A DNA stretch of 62,997 bases, counting the filler, from Polymyxa betae A26-41 (lineage: Eukaryota; Protista; Endomyxa: Phytomyxea): the NCBI GenBank assembly GCA_003693705.1. It is 5 parts of 5 records of this genome, joined end to end, with 100 filler letters (N's around TTAATTAATTAA, not from the genome) between each part and the next. Parts side by side here need not be neighbours in the genome. Positions count along the whole stretch, not along the records: positions 1 to 15,207 come from RBZT01000284.1; 4 more parts are not named here. One strand, written 5' to 3'. The notes beneath the pieces are model-generated. The model did not search any database. It saw only the letters and a program-made list of their open reading frames with translations, and was not told the origin of the DNA. Positions 1 through 12,914 of this stretch are shown here, piece after piece (the first letter of the stretch is position 1; each line of letters starts with the position of its first letter). The position numbers and the translations under genes are program-made.

Positions 1-1124
1 TCTGTCATGTGTCATGCCCATTGAGCATGACAGTACTCGCAGCCGCCCAGCCGACCACCAGGCAGTCGTACTGGCCCTTCCTGAGGGGCTGCGCAGAGGG
101 CTGCGCCCCTGCTGACGATTCCTATAGGGGAAGAGCCCTAACTGTCATGGACTGCGCGGGTCCCCTCGTCTCCCTACTATGAATGGCGAGGAGCGGCCTC
201 CACGCAACCATTCCGATCACAATATTCAATATTGTTACACGCAAAAGAATCGAAGGTTAGATAGAAATCTGTTCACCGATCACCAACAAAACCACAAGGA
301 AAGACCGTGTCGAATGTTTGTAGCTGAAAACCTTTTGCGATTAATCGCCGAGTCTCGCAAGGTTTGGGCAAAACAAAATATGCCTTCAGGCGAACAAAAA
401 AAATTACTGGAGCGTGCGGTATTCGAAACCGCGACCTCATGCTTGCAAAGCATGCGTGATAACCAACTACACTAACGCCCCGAATTGATTGTTGGGACAT
501 AATACTGCGTACACAGGTGGGTGCGCGGCATTTCTTCTCATCTTGATAGACTCATTAACAACATTTTGACTTCTACCAAATTCAAATATTTTACAATCTG
601 AATATGCCTTTTGGTCTCTTATGTTACCTTGATTCAACTTGGTTCCGATTCTCAAACTGCTCTGAATAAAAATGACGCTGCACTCTCCAGTTCAGTTACC
701 TCCAGTTTCTGATGCGTATATTTGAATTACTGTCTCTGGATAAGGCATGACATTTGTCATCATACAATTTGTCCTTCTGAATCGGTGGCAGGAATCGCGG
801 TCTTCTAATAGTCACACCATGAAATAAGCTATAGCGATCTGCATCAGCAGGCGGGCCTTCGCTACCGCAACTTTCGACGCAAACACATCCTTGCCGAATT
901 ATTCAGATTGTGGATTGATTGCTTGGATTCGGCACCCCAGCAATGCGTCCGCAGCCAGACAGAGAAAATCCCAAATTCACAGATCTTAAAAGCCTAGAAA
1001 AATACAGCCCTTGCGCTACAGTGTGATCTGTAAAGTTCAGGTGCACGATAAACGAAATGTTCAACAATGTTTATAGGTATATAGAAGTTGATGTCATAGA
1101 AGCAGATATACGATGTTCAGCGGA

Positions 1125-1559
1125 TCAATGCTTTTTCTGGATATACAGGAAGAAGGCCGCGACAAAATAGCAGCAGTACCCGAAGATGCGGAAGACAAAT
1201 CGGACGCTTTTACTCAAGCGGCCATAGGTCTTGCCCAGAGTGACAATATAGCAGCATATTAAGCTGACCACGGCAAAAGCCAGCATGGTGCCGTTCTGAC
1301 GAATGTTAAAACCCTCTCGAATACCTGTAACAGCGAACCATATTAAGGCTGTCATCGTTACGGTGTGGTTGGTCTTTTCGCCGAATCCTTTGATAGAGGT
1401 GCTGATGGTACTGTCAGAGGAGATGGTCGGCAGCGACGGCGTGCCTGGAGGGAGCAGGTTAGCATCAGAAGAGGGCGACGCCAATCCGGGTTGAAAGGGT
1501 GGTGGCGCTATAAAGTTGGCGAGCTCAGTTGCGGGCGTGATCGGAGCATTAGTAGCCAT
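1125..1559 (-). CDS. hypothetical small membrane protein (Pro/Ser-rich N-terminus, about 3 hydrophobic helices)
   Basis: ORF from ATG (MATNAPITP) with three hydrophobic stretches (MTALIWFAVTGI, MLAFAVVSLICCYIV, FVFRIFGYCCYFVAAFFLY); no family recognised. Confidence 0.5.
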   Translation of the reverse strand: MATNAPITPATELANFIAPPPFQPGLASPSSDANLLPPGTPSLPTISSDSTISTSIKGFGEKTNHTVTMTALIWFAVTGIREGFNIRQNGTMLAFAVVSLICCYIVTLGKTYGRLSKSVRFVFRIFGYCCYFVAAFFLYIQKKH

Positions 1560-2881
1560 GATGTGATAGGAGTTGAATGAAAGGGAGGACGTGAGTGACC
1601 ACACTGCCTATGGTAACATAGGGGTGGCCGCATTGCGCATGACCATGCGCAACCCACTCTCAGAGGGTTGGTACATCTTCCTATGATGCACTTAAAGTCG
1701 GGATGGTCACGTCCGGCATGCCCGTTACCGCCCCGGAAAAAACTACAATTGACGCAGTGTTTTCGAAAAGTGCGTACGCACTTGTTTTAATTTACAAAGC
1801 TATCTAACAGCGCAATTGCTTCAAGTGACGCAGCAGCCTCTTCAGCATAGGTTGGCATCTCTGTTACAGTGAAGCCCGAAACGAAATGACGGAAGACCTT
1901 GCCCGCAAAAGTGCAATTTTTATCAGCAAGGAGTCATGGAAACAATAAACGAAAAGCTTCTATACTTATCGAATTTAGGAATCGTGAGGGACTGAGATAT
2001 TTATTTGCGAACACATTTGCTGTTAGATCTTGATTTCCCCATACAACCGAAGCAAAAATCTTAGCTTTCATTTTTGATGGGCAGACGTCCAGGGCTACTA
2101 AGGTGTTATTGCGTAAAACACACTTTTTTATTGCCGCGAAGAGGCAGCCCTGCCAGGCTGCAGCGAGCAGCAAATATGCCCGCAAATCATATCGTTAGAT
2201 GGATGCATATTCCATCAAATATTCCTGAAGGAACTCATTGGATTGACGGCAGATTGGGTATGCAGTCAACAGATATCGAGGACACCAAAAAAAGTTCCTC
2301 ATCGGATCTTAGATACAAATGTTAAATCAAGTCAATTCAAAGATTATCCAAAGAGATATCCATTCGAGAAACGAATTACAAAGCGCAAAAGCAACCCGAG
2401 AATAATCATTACAGACCTCTAGCAAATCGAGCAATTCTGACCACACCAGATGTAAAGACATTTGAAAAACTTAGGCATCGAATCTATCGTTAAATACCGA
2501 TTTTGTTTACGGAAGCGCGAAAAACTCGAACTTCTACAAATTCAATGCTCAAAACTGATCCGCTCAGTATCAAAACATCGCGTAAAATTTCAAAGCAGGA
2601 ATTTTTGCGCAAAAGCAGCAAAGGCTGCTTTGAGATTTAGCGGCAATCAACAGGGGATCTCATCAGCCCCGAGAAGGTACCGGATTCAACTCTCTGTAGG
2701 TTGAATTTGTTTTTGAAGTCTGTTTTGCCATCGCAAAACCAGAAACAGAACTAAGTAAACCTGGTGCGAAAAATTCTCAGAGTAACGTAATGGAGTTGCA
2801 GAAGTGCTCTAAAGAGTTATTATGCTAACTGGGAATTTGTATTGGTAAACCCTAAACCCTATGAGCAGTTCAAACGGGCGC

Positions 2882-5800
2882 TCAAGATGAATTCAGGACT
2901 GGAGCTGGGGATTCCCAGGTCGCGCCCGACGCCGTTGACCCGATCGATTTCAGGTCGATTTTGTTGCCCGATTGCGGATTCTGTTTCATGACGACCTCGA
3001 GTTCATCCTCGACGATCAAAATCTGCTGCTTCACCGACTGCAGGCGCTGCTTGGTCTTGCTGGCGGCCGCATTCTGCACGTTCAGGTCCCGTTGGCAGGC
3101 GTCGAATTGGACCTCGAGTTCGTCGCGTAGCTTCTGCAGCCGCGCCCTCTCACTGTTCGGATCTGCCCGCATGGCAATGACGTCGATGGAGCGACGGATC
3201 GTGGCCATAATGCCGGACGACGGTGCGTGCATGTGGCCCTGTGAGGCGGCGGCCTTCACCGCCGCGCTGTTCTGCGTATGCGAGCGCGTCTTGTTCGTCT
3301 TCTTATTGGAATCCTGACTCCAGGTAATGAACGACTGCAGCTTCAGGTAGAGCAGGACCAGCGCCGGTAACACTACGGTTCACCACATCGATCAGTAACG
3401 TAAATCGGAACGCAAGTGTAACGTAATCGCGGACGAGTAAATGCAAATGGCATTTTCGGGAATACAAATGAAGTTAACATTAATCAGTAACGTAAATCCT
3501 AACGCAAGTGTAACATAAGCGCGGACTTGTAGAAGCAAATGCAAAGTGACATTTTCGGGAACGCAAATGAAGTTAACCACATTAATCAGTAACGGAAATC
3601 ATAACGCAAGTGTAACGTAATCGCGGACGTGTAAACGCAAATGGTAACGTAATCGCGGACGTGTAAACGCAAATGGTAACGTGACATTTTCGGGAAACGC
3701 AAAATGAAATCGAAAACAGCGGTTATCTAAGCGTAACGTAAAACCTACCTGAGAGCAAGACGGCGAAAGTCGCGGCCAGTACGGTGAGCGTAACGTTAAG
3801 GACCCATTGGGCCAGCAGGCCCAGGACCAGAACGAAGACGCTGAGCAGGACAACGAAGGTGGCCAGGAAGAAGCCCTCGGCTTTGATATCCATTCGGACG
3901 TGGGTGATGGTGATGTCGTCCATCGAGAGCAGGGCGACCATCAGGTAGAGGCCGGCGACGAGGACGGCCCCCTGCAGGCCCAGTACGACCAGGAACGTGA
4001 TGATGGCCGTGCTGGACAGTTCGCACTTGTTGACGATGGCGGCGGACATGGAGATATCACCGTTGCCCCAAAGCGCCGTCACCACGACGATATCGGCGAC
4101 GATGATGGCAAGGGTGATGGCGAACAGGAGCTCGTTACGGATGCGCACCACTTTCGTCATGGAATAGTTGAAAATCTGTCGCCAACATTCAGTATGGCGG
4201 TAACGTAAAAGCCCGGAGCCATGTTCGGGAGATGATGCAGAACCACCACAACGGAACACTTTTCACGACAAACATGAAAACCTTAAAAACATTTCACCAC
4301 TTTTTTATGACATATGAGAATCTTTCAAAAAAATTTCACCACTGTTTTGAAGACATAAGACAAACTTTCAAAAAAATTTGACCACTTTTTTGATGACATG
4401 TGAGAAACTTTCACAATAATTTCACCACTGTTTTGAAGTCATAAGACAAACTTTCCAAATTCACCACCTTTTTGATGACATGATAAACTTGGAAAAAATT
4501 TCACCACTTTTTTGTCATTTTGAAGAGTTTTGAAGTCATTGACAAATGGCAACGTACCCTGTAGTAGCGCCATAATTTCATCACACTTGGGAATATTAGG
4601 AGTGAAACTGCGACCAATGAGGCTGCCAGACGACATGCGCAGATTCCAGCGGTTTGCGCCACGGCTGATAGAATCGTGAACGCATTCAGCGATATGAACC
4701 CGAGCAGAGTCAGAGCCAACAGCGTCGGTCCAGACATGATCACAATGCGCGCCTTCGATTTGACGGCAACCGCCACCAAAATCGTCACTGATGCCGTGAT
4801 TAACAAGAAACCCTAAAACCCTAACCCCAAACTTACAGTACAGCCCCATCGCAGAACTCGAACTCGCAATCAGGCCAACCTGCTGCGATTCCGATAGAAA
4901 CTCGCTCGCCGCCGGCGGTGAGAACAGATTCAGTTGCCATTGCGCACGCCCGTAGACGCCGTGCTGGCCCACGGCGGGGGCGGCGCCGTGTGCGAAGATC
5001 ATGGGCGTCACGGAGTCCGTGATTATGTGATCGGATAAATCGCCGGTCGACAGTTTCCGAGAGAAGCGGCATGTTAGGACGCCGTCGTCTCTGGTGACGG
5101 AGTAGCCGGCCATGATGCTCTGAGCGCCGCCGACGCGTTCGTCCGGGAGCGGCGCCATGACGTAATCGTATTCGTTGCCGACCTTGGAGTCCAGGACGCC
5201 CGGCGATCCATCGTCGTTGATGAAACATTGGATGACATCAGAGCCGCGCATTACGGTTCCGAATCCGACAGCCGCCCACCCGCCTAGTTGTGTTACTATT
5301 TCCGCATGCCAGATATCACCCTGTTCAAGTTTCAGATGCCAGATGCAGCTGGTAGAAAAAATATTTTCAGTACCAAGAGATTAAGTTTTGTTAATTATGT
5401 TTTGAAAATCTCAATTTGCCACCAAACATTTTCGAAAATGATTAAAAGTTCTTTTCATTTAGCAACAAAATTTTTGTAAACAGTTCTGGGAAAAAGTTCG
5501 TTTTTTCTTCAGTACCTGAATCATCCATCTCATTTGATACTCCGGAAGAGGAGAGAATGTCCGCCATGTAGAAGCCGGAAAACTGTTGAATAGCTCAAAG
5601 GACAGAGCTGGCTGATAGTGAAACAGGGCGTCCGGCATCCATTGAACGCCGGTCAAGTCCGTGATCATTTCGCAGACCGTGCGGTCTTTAATCCACTGTA
5701 GCAATTCGGCATCAAACAGTCCGGAGATTTCGAAATACAACGGGTCCGCGTCACGTAAACGCGTGAACTGCTGCGTCAACAGGAAGCTTAACGAATGAGG

Positions 5801-7828
5801 TAACGCATATTTGCCGTAGCCGACGGGTTCCATCATGGCCCCCACAATCAAGTCCAGATTGGAAACGTTACCCCCATATAAGGCCGAAGCTCGCGCAGCC
5901 GCTGCAGGGTCCGGTGTGATTTGTGCGAACGAAGTCACCGGGTTCATCCGCGGGAGTCCGGCCGCGGACATTTTCGCCCGGACTTCGTTATACGGGGGGA
6001 GGCCGCGATCCCTCCCAGCCTGAATATCAACTGCGACCAGATCGGACTTTTGATAGGGGCTGTTACGCAGCTCGGCCACCACATGTAGGTCCATAGCCGC
6101 AGCGGGCTGCAGCATGAGGCCGCGCACCACCCGATCCAGACCGTACTGGACCGGTTCGCGGCCGATGGCGTCCCGATCGTCGACGGCGTAGTATCCGGGC
6201 TTGGCTGGCGCTCGCCATTCATCCACGAGAAAGATGTTGGGAGGGGTTGCGCTACGGATGTAGGCCTCCAAGGCCGTGACGGCGGCCGGGTCCAGAACGG
6301 GGTTCAGGTCCGTCACGGCACCCAGATAGTCCGGCAGGTGATGCGAGAGCAGTTTCGGCAGGAACTCGTAGAAGACCACCTTCTGATAGACGGCGATATT
6401 GATGCGACGGGCTTCCGCGAACAGCTCCTGGTCGGTCCATGACGGGTGCTGGTCGTGCAGGCCCCGAGCCAGGCGATTATGTTCGAGGGCGAAGAGCGAA
6501 TGCAGAGACAGTACGCCCAGGCTGTCCATCGCCCGCGGATCTCCGGTCTCGAAGACATACTCGCCGGACTTTAGTGAATAGGGCGGCAGATGGTGGCCTT
6601 TGGCGGACTTCGAAATGCGAAGAGTCCCGTTGACGCCGTCACGGAGTTCGGAGAGCCGCGCGGCGCTGGATGAATACACCATGGATAGATCCAGCCAGGT
6701 CGTGGCGTCGTTACGTTTCCGTTCGTAAGCAGCCCCATCTGTAATGTTACCCGCCTCGCGAAGATACCCAATCTGGCCGTTTCCTGTCAAGGGTTTAGGG
6801 TATTAGGGTTTACATTTTTCGCTTCGGACGCTACCTTGGCATTGGGCATCAAACACCGGGTCACAGCGCGGCGCTGTCACGTTCAACCAGGCCGAACTCC
6901 GTCGCGGCAAATAGAGGTCGTGCAGGACGAACTCCGCGAAAGCCGGAACCCACTGATTAATAAAGTTGATGGTGTTGGCGGCGTAACGTTCCGGGCCGAA
7001 CAGCTCGATCGAGATTCGCCGAGCCGAGGGTCGCGTCGGTCCGGCGGCCTCCGACCGCCCGTCGTCGTACGCCTCGCGCAGCGCCACGAAGTCCAGCAGC
7101 TGCCGGGTGGAACCCCATTCGGGCTGCGCCGGGTTATGCCCGACGCCATCGATCCGGTAATGCTTGCCCACCATGATGCCGTTTGCCAGGGAACCCTTGG
7201 GACGGGAGGGTACGGCGACGCGATCCTATTAAGGAAGGCCATCGATCGCCCCAGACGGCAATCACCGACCCGGGTACGACGCTATTTATCGAACGTTATT
7301 TGTTGTAGCGTATCGTAATGGTAACTAACGGATGGTTTTTGCTCGATTTTTAGGCAGGCTCGAGTTCTGTATCAAGAATTTCGCGGCGATTCTGATGTCT
7401 TCTTCTCAGCAATCAGAAATCAATTATGAGGCACCATACAAATATTTGACAAAGATGGCAAAGAGAACAATATGAATACATAGACTGAGGTGATGAAGGG
7501 AGCTCCATTTTTTGTAACCAAAATGTTGAAGGTACGATCCAATCCAGCTCAAACTTCATCAGAAAAGTTTACAACAATCTGCAAAATCCGTCGAAACAAA
7601 AAACTCGAGTCTTCTACTCCATCTCGAATTCTTGTTGGACAATGCCAACAGGAGCAGATTATATCCCGTGGTCGAGCATTCAAGATTGCAACAATCCGAA
7701 CTATTCTCTACCTTAATGTGAAGGATTCCAAAAATGAAAACGATTCCGAGAAGAGAGGTCGCGGAAGTCCCCGAAATGATCCGCAGCCCCGGCGCGACAC
7801 TCCGCGGCCAATCAAAAAATGGAAACAT
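2882..7828 (-). CDS. peroxidase-DOMON-class C GPCR fusion protein, 7 exons
   Basis: Exons 7828-7712, 7225-6835, 6783-5516, 5320-4837, 4787-4558, 4175-3749, 3372-2882 join through GT-AG introns in one frame (3408 nt). Peroxidase motifs YRIDG..PEWGS, EFVLHDL, NDATTWLDLSMVY, GDPR, LEHNRLA, DIQAGRDRGLPPYN, QFTRLRDADPLYFE. DOMON motifs GWAAVGFG.MRGSD, CRFSRKL.TGD, IFAHG..QHG. 7tm_3-like KLWRYYRIFN..KVVRI. Exon 1 is the least certain. Confidence 0.85.
3392..3740. repeat. intronic minisatellite (GTAACGTAATCGCGGACGTGTAAACGCAAATG-type units)
   Basis: Imperfect ~32-bp units and longer higher-order repeats fill intron 3373-3748. Confidence 0.85.
4262..4530. repeat. intronic minisatellite (~40-bp AATTTCACCACTTTTTGATGACAT-type unit)
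   Basis: About 6 imperfect copies inside intron 4176-4557. Confidence 0.85.
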
Positions 7829-8426
7829 TACTGTGACTGAAAAAACACGTTGATTTTTGAAAAAATAGTTGATAAAAAATTCTTTCAATTTCACAGCAAA
7901 AAATCACATGAATGTATCTTCAGATCAGAGGACATTCAAGTAGCAAAGAGCAGTACAGAGGGGATTGAATAGCAGTCTGTGTTTTGTCCTATATAAACTA
8001 CCGGTTGGAGTTCACAGACTCGTGCTTGCGATCGCGTGCGCTTTGATCGTACTGTACTAATGGGGCATTCGATCCTAAACAATCATAAATGACATAAAGT
8101 TAGGCGCCTTCTAACGCATGCTCTCAAGCAGTAAGGCTAACTTGACGCTTCTCCGACGTTGTTATGCCTACCGGTAATATATAATAAACGAAAATCAACA
8201 AATGCCAACCGAAGGTCCTCGAAAAGAAAACAGCTGCAACAATGTAGCTGCAAAAAAAATCACTTCTATCGTGATCAATTCATTCTTCTAGGGTTCAATA
8301 TCTCGGAGCCGAATGCCAATCGAGGACCGAGATCGACCTTCGCCATCCAGTCCATCGCCAACAAGCCCTGTAGCCGATAGCACTGCATTCGCCTTGTCTT
8401 GTCTTCGGACGCCAACGCCACCCGGA

Positions 8427-8725
8427 GTCTTCAAATTCAGTCTGTCATCAGGGGACTGCGGTCTCTGTCTTCAAATTCAGTCTGACATGGGGGCTGCGTT
8501 CTCTGTCGTAAAATTCAGTCTGTCAGGCTGCAATCTCTGTCTTCAAATTCAGTCTGCCATTAGGGGGCTGCGCTCACTGTCTTCAAAATACAGAAGTTCA
8601 AATTCAGTCTGCAATCAGGGGGCTGCGGTCTCAGCCTTCAAAAATCAAATTCAGTCTGCCATCAGATGGCTGCGCTCTCTGTCGTAATATTCAGTCTGTC
8701 TTCAGGGGAGCTGCGCTCTCTGTCG
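8427..8725. repeat. minisatellite, ~40-bp unit TCTTCAAATTCAGTCTG...GGGGCTGCG.TCTCTG
   Basis: About 7 imperfect head-to-tail copies with no unique spacers. Confidence 0.85.
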
Positions 8726-9409
8726 TCGAACAAGAGCTTATCGGTGACAATGGTCGCACGAGTAGCAGGGTCGTTGAAATTTCAGCTGCGGTTTCATAGA
8801 GCTGAATACTGAGCAGAAAACTCCCCCCGACGGTTTCCATGAATGCGCGATCTTCATATGCTTCACAACATTTGTCTCTTGACTAGAAATCTTGAACTGT
8901 CCGTGTACTTTGATGTTGCTGAATTCTGGCGACTGCAGATTCAAAGGCATCGGTGACAGGATCGTCGTACTGCCTGCTGTAAAACGTTTCGGCCGTGACT
9001 GTTGTTAGCGGTCGGAATAAGTGACCAAAATGAAGAGCGGGATAGAAGAAGAAACATCTCTTTGGAAAGAGATCTGAAATGTAAAGAAGTGAGACACTGC
9101 GCTCTCAAGATCAACTGTGTGTGACGATTTCATTGACAGCAAACCTCCCCATTTGTTTTTTAACAATCGCGCCGTTTTACCAGCAAGTTTATAGCTGGAA
9201 TGGATTCCGACAACAATACTGTCAGTCCGAACCCATCCTGGTCAATCTTTGCATAATAACGGCTTCAGGACAAAATTCGCGATCCCTCAATTATGTTGTG
9301 ACAACAAGACATGATGGTAATCGTTACGGGTACATTCAGATAAAGAGGTTTGGAGTAATACAGTTTATGGTCGTTCAGGATCCATCAGCAATGTATGAAA
9401 CCAGTTTGT

Positions 9410-9590
9410 ATAAAATCATTTTGTGAAATTTTTTGTATATCATTCTTTTCAAATTTTGTAAGGCATTATTCTGTTAAAAGTTTGTATGATATGATTCTGT
9501 CAAAAGTTTATACGATATAATTCCGTTAAAAGTTTGAAGGATATCAGAAATTCTGTTAAACGTTTATATGATACCATTCTGTTAAAGACC
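9410..9590. repeat. AT-rich minisatellite (~24-bp ATTCTGTTAAAAGTTT core)
   Basis: Repeated ATTCTGTTAAA/ATTCCGTTAAA cores. Confidence 0.7.
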
Positions 9591-9627
9591 AGAAAGCCAT
9601 GGATAGAAGCAGAATTTCAATAAACAT

Positions 9628-11006
9628 TTATAACGTCGCTTTTTGATAAATGGTGTGATTGGCAGAATTTGTAGAAAGAGCTGTAAAGCGATCATTCAGT
9701 TCGGAGCAAACTTTCGCCAGGAGATGCGGTTCCTGAACCTTGTCTCCGACCATCACAATAAAATTATCCACATCATCCGCACAATGATTTTGAAGGCAGT
9801 TCAATATTGGATTGACAATTTCATTGAGATATTCCAGTAATCCTTTAGAACAATTAACCTTAAACAGCTGAACTTGATCTCGAAGGGCCCGAATGCAGAC
9901 CAGAAAACATCTCTGTAACATTCGAGCTTAGAAAAAATCAGTGAAAGAGGTCATGAACGAACCATCTGGAATCCTGTGATTTGATATCTAAGAAGGCAAT
10001 CAGCGATTCTGTTCTTGTCAGGAATAAAGGTCAATCTCCAGATTCCATCGTCGGGTATGATAGATCGTTCAAAGCCGCAGACGGACTCCGGCTCGTCCAT
10101 CCGATTACATTTCCTGAAGAATTTCGAATGGGGAAACGGGTTCCCCCATCGCGATTGAAACGTTCGCATATCCTTCTTACAGCAGATCGTCAAACAGAAC
10201 AAGACCGGCAGGCAGGTCGCACGTAGCCTGTAGTGGAGGCGTTTATACTCTTTGCTCGATCCCGCGCCGGGAATGCTGGCCCAATCCGTGTCGCAGTACA
10301 AGCTGGCGATCAGAACGAGTCTCTGCAACGTGGTCTGAGTTTGGGCGAATTTCTGTTTCAAGCCCAGAGACGAATGATGGACAGTTTCAGGTTCTGGATT
10401 GCAGCGCGAATTTTTGTTAGGGTTTGTCTTATCGGTGAGGAAAGCGAACTCAGCTGGCTGCGGTTGTTTCTTCTACAATAAAAAATAACTTTTGTTAAAA
10501 ATCGAATGTTGAATAGACGGACTTACAAGGAAATGACAAAGGCTTTCGTAATCCGAAATATTATCCACAGAACAGTCCAACAACGCGTTCAGAATCTTCC
10601 TTTCATCAAGACTGGAAGGGGTCTCCGCGATCTTCGAGTTTCCGCAGCGCGTCCCGAGACATTTCAAATGGAAATTCGAATGCTTGAAGTCGTTGCCCCA
10701 GCGATGCTGAAACTTCAGGAATTGTTCTTCACAGCAAATTACCACACATCGTAATACTGGCAAACAGACATATTTCTTCCAGTAGTCCCATTGACTTTTA
10801 TGCGCTTTGGCTGCACCAATCTTGCGTAATTTCCGATAAAGATTCGCTATCAGAAGCAGCTTTTGTAATGTGTGTTTGGTCTGTGCTATCTGATAAATCT
10901 CATACAAATTCAGAAGCGTAGTGTCAATTTGAACAATCAGAGACTCGTCAACAGTAAGATCCTCTTCGGGAATAAGAGAAAGCGGCAGCTGATTGAATGA
11001 TTCCAT
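9628..11006 (-). CDS. hypothetical protein (or pseudogene) with 2-3 copies of a Cys-rich domain
   Basis: ORFs 10473-11006 and 9951-10361 share QT..TLQ.L.LIA.LY...CLPVL.C..ICC.....FQ.RWGN.F.HS.F..KC; an intron 10526-10473 (GTAAGT..TAG) joins them in frame; 9628-9921 has a weaker copy (NPILNCLQNHC). Confidence 0.55.
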
Positions 11007-12914
11007 CTCTTCACTATTCGGTTCTTTCCTCTATTGCACAAAAATCACAAACAGCAAATTGAAAAACGATTTTTACCAGAAATTGACATAAACTATTGTA
11101 GTCCGTAATATCGCTCACGCTATGATCCAACATATCTTTTACACTCTTGGACAGCGCTGCGGTTTCAGAGCCGCGTTTTCTCTTTCTGACGGTTGAGTGC
11201 TTCTTAGAAGCAGTCTGGATGAAATTGGTAAAAAGCAGAAGTTGGTCAAATGGAGCAAAACCTGGAAGGATTCGAGAACATGAACAGAAGACGGAGTTAA
11301 AGAGGGTTCCAAATAGAGATCTTCAGGTTGGATTTCAGATCGATTCGGCATTGCGAGGGTTTGCTGAACTGTCGGCGATTCTTGATCGAACAAATCCTAT
11401 AAATGAATGATCAGTGAAGATGAATGCGAACAGCTAAAAAGAATCATACAGCAGAATTTCGGAAACTTTCACAGAAATCCTAAAGAGAAGTTAACTGCGA
11501 TCTCAAAATGTTTCGTTGAACTTCAAACTTTGAAATTGTAAAAAAAGCCTTCTTTATAACTTCCAAATTTTGAAATTGTAAGTTTTTCTAATCTTTTGAA
11601 AACATGACATCTAATGACAGACCCAGCCTTACATCAATTTGGAAGTCCGAAATCCCCATACTGAACGAATCGTCTCTCTGAGAGCGATCATCAACTGAGT
11701 GATCGGGCTCAGACAACAACCAATAAGAATCTTGAACCGGACGGATATCCTTCTCTATCAAAATCTATTAGAAAAAGTTATCCGATTGTCCGCACAAAGA
11801 CTAGATCCAAATCACGGAGACCACCATGGGCTCATCGGCGACCGCCAGGGCGTACTGGTCCCGGAGAAGTTTCGTCAATGTCTCGACTGTGTCGGCAGCA
11901 TGAGCAGCAACCAGAATGGAAGAGAAGATGGCCGAACAAATCATGATTGTCCCCGATAACCAACAGGGCCGAATCTGATTGATCACGGAGTCCGTGCGGC
12001 GAGGAATTGTAGAGGGCTGCGCAGGGACCCCCTCCACCCAGACCAAGCGATATTGATCAAGAGAGAGGCCGCCGCTTCATTGTCTCTGCCATTCGACATC
12101 ACCAATGCCAAAACCTTTGTGATCTAAAAACCCTAAAACCCTCGCAATTGCTGTGTCCTTTCACAAAACGTTTCCGTCATTGTGCGAGTCCCGAAGCTGT
12201 GGCTCAGAGCTGCATAAATATCAGGAAAAAGTAAAGAAAATTAAAATAAAAAATAAAAAATTACATTTAAAACAAAAGGCATCGCTGACCTATGTCTTTC
12301 CAAATGCAGCAAGACGAGCCGGAGATTTGTTACTCGATGTTTTTTGCAGCATCTTGACTCTAAATTTGTTCTGGACGAGGCATATTCAAGCCCTGATAGA
12401 CTCAAAATCGCTCTTGACAAAATACGCTCACGATTTGAATATACCAAGAATAACAATGGAGCCCAATCGTCAGAGTCTGACGACGATGACGAGAGTTCGG
12501 GATCGCTTTGTCAGGCACGAACGCCGGCAAAACGGATATGCATTGCCCAGAGCAAGGCTCCGGTAACACCTGCAGCCGATATTCACGCCGCTGTTAAGTT
12601 GGATGCCCATTTCACAGCATCGATTTCGAAAAAGGCGAAAATCTCCCACCAGCAGCAGTGTCGCGAAATTCCATCGCCTTCTCCACAGACTTTGAAACCA
12701 ACTGCCCGTAACCGGCCATCTGGATCCAGCCGAATCGCTAACGCGATTAATAATCTTTCAACAGCGGTACGAGAGAGCTATCCAACTCATGACCCAGCAG
12801 TATAGCGATTGTTTAACAGATATGCAGACGGTGAAGGCATACAGCCTGATGACCGATAAGGCGAAGGTAGCAGTGTTCGTCGCGATGCCAGCCAATCGTT
12901 GTCGATTTTCCTTC

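Noticed and set aside
1-800. Short hairpins and ORFs at the window start
   Set aside because: Probably a repeat or transposon remnant, but no partner terminus or convincing motif found
2847-2861. Telomere motifs as true chromosome ends
   Set aside because: Only 2-3 units, internal to contigs and often inside introns
2882-7828. Calling the fusion gene a DUOX/NADPH oxidase
   Set aside because: No EF-hands, ferric-reductase His pairs or FAD/NADPH domains seen; the TM region has class C GPCR-like motifs
8427-8725. Regular repeats here and at 36762-37040 and 4262-4530 as CRISPR arrays
   Set aside because: Degenerate head-to-tail units without unique spacers, no cas genes, eukaryotic context
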